Below the pieces are notes generated by a model. That model saw nothing but the letters and a program-made list of their open reading frames with translations, was not told where the DNA came from and ran no database searches. A program made the position numbers and the translations under genes. From assembly GCA_030141605.1 (NCBI GenBank), contig JAQGDQ010000104.1, positions 248,001-312,000 of the forward strand: 64,000 bases of DNA. The letters run 5' to 3'. The DNA comes from Tubiluchus corallicola. Taxonomy: Eukaryota; Animalia; Priapulida. This document shows positions 14,329 through 25,200 of this stretch, piece after piece (position 1 is the first letter of the stretch; the number at the start of each line of letters is the position of its first letter).

Positions 14329-15140
14329 ATGCACAGATATCTTCGACCTGAGAGGCTAAGTGTGATCCCGAATGCTAGCTCAGCTGACGAAGATTTTCAG
14401 CACTGGTTGAAAACATCCGAAAATTTTCAAGGAAGGGCGGTGACAAGCAAGCAGAAGAGGACGAAGTAGCAGCCGTAGCGAAGTAGATAGAAGGAAATTT
14501 GAACTGTTAACAAACTATGTATCTACTTCAATTTCTAACGTATTTTCAGAATGCACTAGTTACAAGGACGCCATTGGCACGTTAAAAAAGTATATTTAAA
14601 GCCAATGAATATTCATTATGCTAGGCAGGCATTGATGACTTGTAAGCAGAAGTCAAGGGATTCTATTGATAAATTCGTGCAGACTCTAAGAGAATTAGCT
14701 AAGGAGTGTTCGTTTGATGCGGTCAGTGCAGAGCAGTACAAAAACTAAGCCATCCTATCTGCCTTCATATCTGGATTGGCTTCAAACGAAATTAGGCAGA
14801 AGATACTAGTAGACTGTGAAGAGCTGGATTTGGACAAAGTGTTGAAAACTGCCAAATCTACAGAAATGGCTATGCCCCATTCATCATATTATATCGGAAA
14901 TAATATGTCAGACATTAGTGGTATAGCAGCTTTTACAGCAAGTAAAGAAGGTGACCACGGGGATTGTTCTCTTACTCGCATAAAGAAAAAACAATATGGT
15001 GCTAGGGCTAATCCAAATTCTAAGACTGTGTGTGAATCTTGCGGATTTAGCCACATCAAAAATAAGTGTCCAGCGAAAAACAGTAAAAATTACTATTCAG
15101 CAAACAGAATTGAAGGCACTGATAGACAACGGCAGTTCTA
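14329..15140 (+). mobile_element. Second, unrelated Gypsy-type gag-protease fragment
   Basis: MHRYLRPERLSVIPNASSADEDFQHWLKT...; YARQALMTCKQ...FVQTLRELAKECSF...AFISGLASNEIRQKIL; zinc knuckle CESCGFSHIKNKC; protease-like LKALIDNGSS. Contains a frameshift and an internal stop. Confidence 0.8.
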
Positions 15141-15157
15141 CAGCAACAACAACAACA

Positions 15158-15195
<38 letters not shown>

Positions 15196-15282
15196 AACTA
15201 CTACTACTACTACTATTGCTACTACTACTACTACTACAACTACAACTTCTACAACTGCATCTGCAACTACTATTATTATTAT
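15140..15282. repeat. (ACA)n/(ACT)n trinucleotide microsatellite
   Basis: Directly visible; begins right after the LIDNGSS motif. Confidence 0.9.
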
Positions 15283-15377
15283 CTGTTTAACAGCCTAGCA
15301 GTAACCCATGGTTGTGGTTAAGACAAGCACATTCATTGTAAGACATGATGAGAATAAAAGCTCCATTTTTTCTAAAG

Positions 15378-15596
15378 CCATTTAACGATGGACGTGCAGG
15401 ATCACCTATTTGTACTGCACGGTGAAACTTTTGGCTCGGATTTAGCAGCGTTAAATATTCAGAGAGGTCGGGATCATGGTATACCAACCTATAATGACAT
15501 GAGAGAACTTGCTGGCTTATCAATTGGGACATCCATAGACGATTTTCGGCAGCAAATCAGTTCTGAAAATCGCGTTTTGCTGAAACAGGCTTATGG
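15378..15596 (+). pseudogene. Animal heme peroxidase (peroxidasin/chorion peroxidase-like) orphan exon A
   Basis: tttctaaag|C CAT...; [11 protein letters not shown]...[29 protein letters not shown]...LLKQAYG; donor TATGG|gtaagc (phase 2). No upstream peroxidase exons seen. Confidence 0.8.
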
Positions 15597-16425
15597 GTAA
15601 GCACTTAAAAAAGTACAGCACTAGTTTCTGTTTTAGACTAAGAAATGGGTAATATGCGATCTAGGTGTCATATAATTGAACGTTTGTGTTTAGCGCTTAT
15701 TGTTTAAAAGAAAACAAGATGACTTCATACACTACCCTATTTTGAAGTACGGTAAAAATTCTACGTTTTAACACCTATGATAATTCCAAAGCTACAAAAT
15801 TGTTAAAATTTTCACATAGCCCAATAAGCTGGCCATTTTCTGACTCGACCAATTATATTTTTCTGAAATTGTTACACAGCAATGAAACCACTAAACTAAT
15901 GAAGCCAGGCGTGTGTGCTGCCCTGTAATATAAACTGATATAATTGGTAGCCTTTCTAAGGCAGTTTATGGAATAAGCTATCTCGTTTGATTAACTAATT
16001 CTTTTTGATTAGCTAACTAATCAACTAATTCTCTCAGTTGATTTTATCTCTTCTGGTTCAGGACCAACTCGCGACTCACATGTTTCCGCCAAGGAGTTCA
16101 GATGAAGGATATCTGGCGTATAAGTATCTGTAACAGCAACATGTTTCAACGTGCTCATCAGCGTCATTCAGCCACTTTTTCTGAGGCTACTGCCTGTTTG
16201 AGGTTTGCTAGCTCGATTATACAGCAAACTGTCAGTAAACTTTATGGGGAGACAATGTAAAATACGTTTCCTGTCTTGTATTAGAGGATAAATATGCATT
16301 TCGTTATTTGCGTGTTTCGGGGGGGGGGTGTCAATGCTCGCTATGTCTAGGGAGCAAACTGCCTCCCCCCCAAAAAAAACTTACAATGAAAAATAATAAT
16401 GTCCAGTGTTTTTTTCTGCATTTAG

Positions 16426-16616
16426 TAACGTTGCAGACGACATAGATCTCTTCACTGGCGGTCTGGCGGAGGCGCCATTGGGAGATGCTCTAGTTGGGCC
16501 AACGTTTGTATATATATTGAATAAGCAATTTGATATGCTTCGTTGTGGTGACAGTTTTTGGTACGAGTATGAGCCGTCAGACACTTCTGGACCGGCGCAC
16601 CCATGGTTCAATTCAG
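16426..16616 (+). pseudogene. Animal heme peroxidase orphan exon B
   Basis: catttag|T AAC (phase 2, matches exon A); NVADDIDLFTGGLAEAPLGDALVGPTF..ILNKQFDMLRCGDSFWYE; donor TCAG|gtgaaa (phase 1). Confidence 0.8.
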
Positions 16617-18268
16617 GTGAAAGACTTGTACATTTCAAAGTCTAGTATTGTTAGTGTTGTTTGCCTCTGAACAAACAGAAATGGACTAGCAGATACAACT
16701 TTATTTTTACAATTTTTTAAACGTGCATTGAAATTCACTGCTCTACTCATTTAATAGTGATAAAGACTTTTACAAGTTTTATTGGCTGTAGTTCATAGAA
16801 CGCCAAAGTGGAATTAAATTCATATTTTTGAATATTAGTAAATCATTTGTTAATTTTCATAATTTATTTTTCAAATAATTATTATTTAGAAATATTCATA
16901 ATTCATATTCATCAATCATTTCGTAAGAATTCATTTCATAAATCATTTATGGATATTATCAAATAAATTTTGAATATTCACATATCATTTTTTTTGTGTA
17001 AAACTGAAACTTCATAAAATACACACATAAAAGACAGCAAAATCCTCACTATTATATAAACTTTTACAACTTAAAATCGTACTTTCATTACGAATATTTA
17101 ATTTATTTTATTATAAACTTACTCTAAAACTTGTTTCTTTTCATTTTTTAATCACTTCGTTGTTAACGGTATTAAATTTGAAGAACAATTTCATTGGTAA
17201 CAAAAATATTAAGTCTGTCTTGCCTTTAAACATACGTACGGACATCAAGAATGCGATGTATTTTTCTATATTAATTGATCATGTGCTCGTCTGCAAGATT
17301 TATTAAGTTTTTGTATTTTTTCGTTTGACACGCTACGGAAATGGAATAAATTTGATTGTTCCATTCCAAAGACTTGTATTGAGTGCCCGAGTCACATAAG
17401 TCCCAATTCTATCTTTTAGCCTTGATTATAACCAGAAACATAGCGTAGTATTAGCTAAAATTACATTGATGTATAAAATAAGTTTTGACCACATTTGAAC
17501 TAATTTTGACTGTGAAGATCTCATTGAGGTTTATAAAAAACTTGCCAGAAAAGAAAACATTTTGTTTTGTCCTTATTTAAAGTTAATCAAATAGTTCTTT
17601 TTATCCAACTTGCAAAGCCGTAAACTGAATTAAACTGCGTATTTTCTTGATTGCAAAATGGTTTAATCAGCAACTTGTAGACGTAAGCGTTGTGCATTTC
17701 TTACTATAAACGAAACTAGACTACATATTTCCACTAATTCACTTGCAATTTCAGTTGACAATATTAAAATCTAGCACCAAGCCAATATTTCACTGCTAAC
17801 TAATGAAAAGTTGAGCATTTTTCATAACAGTGTTAGACGGAGCTGTAGCTAAATGTCCTGAGCGTACCTGCTGCAGGGGTGTGTGAAACAACTTGCACGC
17901 TGATTGGGCAGTCAACGAAAGTGATTGACATTATGTTAGACGTCAATTGACCTCAAATATATTGATCTATTGCTCCGCCCCGCTGTAAGCACGCTCAGCA
18001 GCATTCGGGACAACGCAGGACAACTGTCTAAGCTAAACTAAACTAAACTAAGCAATATGGCAGTCACGACTAATATCTAACCAGCAGATAAACTGATTGC
18101 ACTTTTTCATAAACCCTAATTTGCACGCGTTAAAAAACTTCGATGTCTGTTGGGGTTATTAAGGCCTTTATATACGTCTTTGTAAGTTGACGTATTTTGC
18201 TATATGCTGTGAACTTGTAGTCTACTAATTGAATGTAGTTTTGCATTCTAAATTTTTTTAATATTTAG

Positions 18269-18776
18269 ATGAACAAATGAGATGTGACTGCAACTTAACC
18301 TGGATTATTTTGCCTCCATGGTCGAATAACAGTGAGACCACGGTTGACTGTGCGTGGCCTAAAAAAGTTTCTAATGCTAAACCTGAGGATTTTGAGTGTG
18401 ATGCGCTAACAACAATGACGTCGACAACAATAACAACAATGAAACAATGACGTCGACAACAATAACAACAATGACGTCGATAACAGTAACAACAAGTACA
18501 ACGACAATAGCCACAACTTCTGACACACCAAGTTCATCTGTATCCAAAATCATACCAGGAATCATGGGCGGTATCCTGATACGTTCACTGGTTCTGATAG
18601 GGCTCTTGTTGTTTATTGCGAAAAAGAAAGCACATGAAGAAGATACTCATGCAACTGGAGAGCTGCAAAATGCAACTGAAGGAACAGAACACCCAGAAAC
18701 TCCAGAACTCGATAATGGACAAAATGCTGCCAAATCAGTTAATGCACCTATTGTCACACACCACTATATAGACTAA
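18269..18776 (+). pseudogene. LRR C-terminal cap + Thr-rich stalk + single TM helix + short acidic tail (terminal exon of an LRR-TM receptor-like gene), one frameshift
   Basis: atatttag|AT GAA; DEQMRCDCNLTWII...VDCAWPKKV...EDFEC (four-Cys LRRCT pattern). A frameshift near 18442-18450 in a 24-bp repeat is followed by MTSTTITT...IIPGIMGGILIRSLVLIGLLLFIAKKK...HHYID-stop. Confidence 0.65.
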
Positions 18777-19399
18777 AAGCCAAACGAATTCTTGAAAGCT
18801 TGACAGTCACAATGCTACGTCAAAATTTGTTAATTTTCGTTCAAAAATCAAAACGTCTGCAAGTAACTGTTGACATGCTCAGAAAAATGTCTGCAAGTAG
18901 CGGTCGACATACCCAAAGTGAATGTGAAACTTTGCAAGCAAAATGTAGCCTTGACAATGGATGCAGTTGTTGCTGCAGGTTTTTGGCTGCCTCTTCTCCA
19001 ACTACTCTTTGCTTCCGTGCATTTAGTTTAGAGAAATTTTTGAAAGTGGAAAAGTTAAAGATGTAACTGGATAGTATCCCTAGCATTGACGTAGTGCAAA
19101 ACTAGTTTTACTTATGGAACAGAGAAAATCAATATTGTTGAATTACTTTTGTCTAAAAAATTTCTTAACTTTGTCCACATAAAGGATAATCTATTTGTGA
19201 TCATCCATCTTCATTACTACCTGCATAATTTTTTACTAGTATACACGATAGGTGAAAGCATTCGTACGCCTATTATACTATGTTTTACACCATGCATTTC
19301 ATTTCATTTCAGGAGTTACACGTCCTCTGGCAAAACTCTTGCAATAACTTCAGACCACGCTGCCCTGTCACCCGCAACCTCCTATGTCTGTATTTTTGA

Positions 19400-19990
19400 T
19401 ATCTAATGTTGCTGTGTTGGTAAGATCATTTTGGATGAAATTAATGCAAGTTAGCAACTGTCCTTCTTGCGTTTTTTTTCTTTCTGCGATGCTTCTTTGA
19501 AAGCTTTCATCTGGTAGTCGTATAACATGTCTTATCCATCTTAATCGTGTCCTTTTGATTTTAACTGTCCATTCCCTGCCTTGACTTTATTATACAGATC
19601 CGGGTTTGATAATTTGTTTGCTCATTTCATTCCTAGAATGCTCCTGCAGTTTGTTCTTTGAAATGCATCAATTTCTGATTCGTGTTGTGCTTTGATTTTG
19701 TTGTTGTAGAGAAACACAGTTTCCACAAGTGCAGCAAAGATTCTTAATTTTGTTTCTAGACTGAGCCACCAATTTTCAAAAAATTTTGTTAATTTGGAAT
19801 ATGCAGCTAGTGCTAAGATTTTTCTTCTTGATATATCTTCACCTGTTACAAGAACACTGCCTAAACATTTACATTTTCTCCACGCATCATCTCCATTCCT
19901 TTTTACGTGATACTCTTCTGTTTTATCTTTATTTAGTAGGAGATCCATTTCTTTTAATTTTGTTTCTACATGTATTTTGATCTTGATGTT
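19400..19990 (-). mobile_element. LINE (RTE-like) RT C-terminal fragment
   Basis: LLLNKDKTE..CKCLGS..EDISRRK..TKLRIF.ALVETVFLYN..IDAFQR; continues as ISNPDLY...RLRWIRHVIRLPDE. Confidence 0.8.
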
Positions 19991-21149
19991 ACCTACTTCA
20001 CCTTTACACCAGTAAGCCTAAAAAATTCCCTCCAGTAGTGCCGCTTGTACTTCAGATGAACTAATAACTCGATATGTAGCAGCAACAAACTTCTCATTTC
20101 AACAAAGACTGTCATAAGTTTGGCATTTACTATTGGTTTGCTGGTTTCTCTTTGTAAGCCTAAATGACTTTTAAGCGCATATGAAGGGACACAGTTTCCA
20201 AATTGGCTTTTGACCTGTGACTACTTTCATTTAAATTTAATTTAAATTTATATACAATTTAATATGTTTATTCTTTAAAGACATGGTCCATGTGTCAAAT
20301 ATAACATTTTTAGAAACTACTACAAGATAAAACAAGACAAAATATTTTAGAGATCAATTTTGAAATTTTATTGCAGTGCATTGTGCGTAACGTTATACAA
20401 GCATTAAATTTTGCAATCTCGATTACACACAGATCTTTAAAATTGAATGTGTTTATCAGAAATTAATTTCGTTTCATTATGACATTCAACTGACCTTTAC
20501 CCACGTGCCACTTGGCACAGTTCTTCTTGTCTTCTTACATTATATCATTTTTGAGCCATTGTGACCCAGTCACACACAATTGTGACCCAATTATCACAAC
20601 TAATTAGTCACCGAGATCAAAATCTAATTCGAGTTTTGCCGAACTTACTAAGTAATTGCATTAATTCTTATGAGTAGAGTAGCATTGCATATTGTGCTTA
20701 TCATAGCATAACAAACAATGAGAGCTAATGAAATCCAATGGCATTGTTCCACAACACCAGTAAAATGTACAAACTAGCTTAAACAATGAATGTGACCAGT
20801 AACAAGAACATATGTTAATGACATAGGGTTAAGGTTGTCGCAAGTTTGAGTCTAATCTGGCACAGACACAACATGTCCTCTCTCAAATACATACTTTATT
20901 TATACCCTTTATTGCCAATACATACTGGTCCAGCTTGTAGTCATATACGTGTGAATAGCCGTGAATGCTACATAGAGTGCCTCAGTTATAGAGTATTTTT
21001 GGGAGTTATTAAGTCTGCTATAATGACATTATACTATAACTGGTAACTATCTCTAGGTGGTCTTCTCTCAAATGCGTTTTGAAACTGTCAGCCGATGAAG
21101 AGCTGATTGTTGATGATGGAAGACGAGTCTGTGGCTGGACTACACGATG

Positions 21150-21460
21150 CCAAAGAAGAGAGATCTGATGTTGGTTCTAGCTGATTGCTTACATTACTTA
21201 GACTCATGACCAAGAAGAACTCTATGAGGCTTGGAAAAGCCTGTCCCTGTCTGCACAGTGTTTCCACTAATTATTTTCAAGCAGCTCGCATTGGTCTACA
21301 GTTTCAAGAGCAGATATCAAAGTGGGATCCAAATCAATAGCAACACGAGTACATCAATTCTGAATTCTTTCAACAGCATTCTTGAGAGTCGCATACAACC
21401 GACACGTATTCCAAAATGGGTCAAATAATAACCTTACAAAAAGGAATAATTGCACCGGCA
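21150..21460 (-). mobile_element. Highly decayed LINE RT C-terminal remnant
   Basis: The minus strand gives KVII*PILEYVSVV...VERIQ, a typical post-RT LINE motif. Confidence 0.5.
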
Positions 21461-22053
21461 CTTTTCAAAATAACACAGTGCTTGGAGGTGCCAATATGAC
21501 AGTTTGCTTTTGTAATGATGTGGTTAGCTGAGGAAGATTCCACTGTCCAAAATTTTCTTTGAGTAGCTCCGCGATACAGTAGAATTCTTTAGTGCTAATA
21601 AGATCTGACTCACGAACCTATTAACAAATTGTGTCAAATACTTAGTCGTGGTATAATGCAATCATATCACCGGTTCTTAGTATCAGTTAGAGAACTAGCA
21701 AAGATTTCTACATGGACTCAAAAAAGATCTTAGCACAAGGTTTTGTCACCTTTACTCATAGCCCATCACAGCAGCTGGAGATACAAAGCACCAGCCCTGA
21801 ATCAAGCGGCTACATTGTGCTAGTGTGAAACTGTCTTTAGTGCTCATGTACATATCACTAACCTACTAATTACAGGCTTTGATTGAATATTAACCGAGCT
21901 GCTGTCTAATATAAGACACTTACTGCCAGTTCTAATAACTTGTCCTAAGCTAAGATGTTAGAATGCATTAGGACCATATACACATTACTAAAACAGGTAT
22001 GCACCCATTACTGTACACATGACACAAAATGATATACAGCTCCTGTTGGAACA

Positions 22054-22208
22054 TTAACCAAGTCTCTGTCTGTTGGAAGCGTAATGTTCTTTCAGGTAAC
22101 CGGCTCCCATTTCTTCATGCTCCGCTTTGGTAACAGTGGAACGTCGCAGTCTGTCCGCATTGCAAGCCCAGCCTCTTGCACCGTACCAGGAATCCAGCAG
22201 CGGGTCAC
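22054..22208 (-). CDS. ACTR5: ACTR5 last coding exon
   Basis: [15 protein letters not shown]...[28 protein letters not shown]. Confidence 0.9.
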
Positions 22209-25200
22209 CTTTAGAATAAAATTTAAATATTTTTTAGTGTTTCGGCACACAACAGTGCAGAAAATAATGACCCAAAACTTACAGATAAAAAATTAACACA
22301 AGCTTAATTTATATTTGTGTGCTTGCATAGCACAGGTTTAATTAAGGCTTTCTAGTTATTCACGTATCCTGAATCTCCATTCCATGAGAATCATTTTGAT
22401 ACCAAACTCATCATTCTGTTAATTCCAAGCTGAGATAATCCATGTTGAAGTCGAGGTGCACTTTGCGCACCGAAAACATAATTTTGAGAAAATTGCTATG
22501 AAAGTTAGCCCAGCCATTGTTTTTTGTCGCATTTCTACAAAACACTTAACAACCGTATGAAAGGTTGGTTGCCATGGACTTTGCAAGAACACACTAAAGT
22601 TATGTTTAAATCCAGTAGATGGTTCTTCCTGACGATGATCTGGAATTGGCAACAGAAAAAAACCGAAGCAAAATGATTGCTTCCACAAGCTACGAGTTTT
22701 TTACAATTGCAGTATTAGTTTCTAGCCAGAAAAACGGGTACGGGGTTATAAAATTAGATTTTTAGTACTTTTTGAATAATTTGATGCTAGAATATAAAAG
22801 TCAGCACTTGTTTTTATAAAAAAGAAAATGAAAAAACAACATTTGATCAAATTTTTGGTACTTTCTAGTTTAAAGCATCATAAGCAGTTTTAACTGTGCT
22901 GACTTATGGATGGTTTTCGTTTGCAATCACACATTTATAGAATTAGTGTGGACTTATTTACTCACTGGCTCTATACACGTGGAACGTGGATTGAAATGGA
23001 CGAATCATTCGTAGTTCTCTTTCCATTCGCTGTACAATATTTGGGAATGACGCAGGACCTCCGGTAACAAACACATTCTACAAGTGAAAATTAGCAAATT
23101 AGCTCTAACCCTGATATCGTTAAACTCTGAAAAACAGAACTACGCGCATAACATGTTTCATACAGTTTCCTATACTGCAAGCTTGAATTCGGAAGTCAAC
23201 TACAAGGTTTAGTTAATGTACATGGTTGTGGCAAGACCAGAGCCTGGTTCATCGTTATAGCTCAAGAAGGGATGTTGAACTGGCAAAGTTTCAATCTCAT
23301 TTGAATTCTTACAATTCCTCACAAGAACGAAATATACAGCCAGAAATTTGCTGACTAACCAGGGTCAGCACTGCTTAACTTTGATCGCTCAGCACACCAT
23401 ACAACAGTTCACCTGTAAAATATAGAACAATAAAAAAAATGTTTAATAAAAAATGTAAAATATAGAATTGTTAAATGTTGTATAGAACAGAATAAACAAT
23501 ATGTACCATTTTAATGCTTTATATTGGATAAAAAGTAAATGACAAAATAAAAAATGGGTTTGAGCAACGTAAAAAAATCGTCATTAAAGTAAAACGTGCG
23601 TTATTATGTGAGGAAAAGGTGTCAAATGTTCAGCATTATTAAAACAAAACATCACTAAACAGGGAGCCTTTCAGCAAGGACTTACCATATCTGTATTATG
23701 ATATTCAAAAAATGCAAGTAACCCGTAGTTCTTAAGTTCAAATACCAACTGATCCTATATGATTAATACGTTATAAAAATTGTATTTACGTGTAAAATGA
23801 TCATGAATTAGTTACAGAAGTGGTTTAGTACAGCATTTAGCACATTAGACATGTTTTAGTACAAAACTATAATAATGCCGAGAATGTGTCTCAGTTTAAA
23901 CAACAGATGGAGTGCAACCTTGAAGAAAGAAGAAGAAATAATAATGCCAATGAGGATTCAGCGAAACAAATCCAAACCATTTTTGCCGTTTTCGGCCACG
24001 AAATACCTGTGCTAAAAGGCTCTGTTGTTCGGGAGTGTACTGAGATAATATGGACTCCACAGTTTCTGCAATGCCACCCTGGTCGACTGAGATCATCGAC
24101 GGTTGAAACAGCAACTCTGGCACCCTGAAAATACATAAAGCAAAAATACGAATTTTTCCCGTTAGTTCTAGTTTGAAATTTGTAATTTTATATTGTAATT
24201 TACGCGCTTTTAAATAATGATAGAATAAGTCATGGTAATCACAACCAGTGCGATTTTATTTGTTGTTAATGTTGCGACTGTCAGCATCACTACAAAAATC
24301 TTAAAGCAAAACCGGACCAATCTTAAACTGTAGGTCAAAACAATCTACTCTTTAAAATATTGAAAGGAAACATACGATTTTTTCAAAAATGACTTATGTG
24401 GAAGAATTATTACCACACAAAGACAATTGCATAAAACTTGCCTAGTTTTAGCGCAACACACTGAATATCTCACAGTAGCACTGTACTTCAATTTTTGCTT
24501 TTGCAAACATGTGCAACACGCTCGTGGAATAGTTTTGCTGTTGAAAATTATGTTAGTTTGTGATGTCATCAAGTTGGGCTCGTCCACCGTTAATTAAATT
24601 TTAAATCAATTATTTAATTATCAGAAACACTTTTGCAGTAATAATTATGTTAAAATGTATACTTTTTATCGAACTTGAACATGAGGTAGTATATGAACAA
24701 CCGTCCTACCTTCCTTTAAACAATGACCACTTCATGTATAATCAGACATTAAACACTCTTTATAATGCCAACTTGAATTTTTACCGTAGCCATTGGCATT
24801 CTGCACTTGCAATTTTTTTATAACTCAGCACAACTTTTAGATTCAATACTTCCATGGAAAAGGTTTTAGGCAGGTTACTGGAAGACGTCTCCTTACTAAA
24901 ATAATTTGAAAGTATTATCTAAAATAAATCCAGTGCTTATGTCGTTGTCAGTTTATTCACTTATACACAACAATGTTTAACAAAAGCTTGGAAATTAGAC
25001 ATACCGAGAACAACGTTTAATAACTTTTATATAAGTTTTTTGTAGTTATTTCGTTTATTTTGGGCAGTAAACGACAACGAAAAATGAAAAAAATGAAAAT
25101 AGCACATGAAAAAGAAATTCAGTTGCATTTCAGAAATTGTATGCGCCTCTGTCTAAATACTGAATACAGTGACGGCACTCTTGGAAATTTTGTGCAAGAT

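Noticed and set aside
18800-19086. Cys-rich ORFs on both strands
   Set aside because: No recognisable domain or splice support; at most a weak gag zinc-knuckle-like remnant.
21470-21617. Extra 3' ACTR5 exon after a possible donor at 22058
   Set aside because: In the required phase it stops almost immediately. The in-frame TAA at 22054-22056 follows the conserved Arp5 end, and the adjacent sequence is a LINE remnant.
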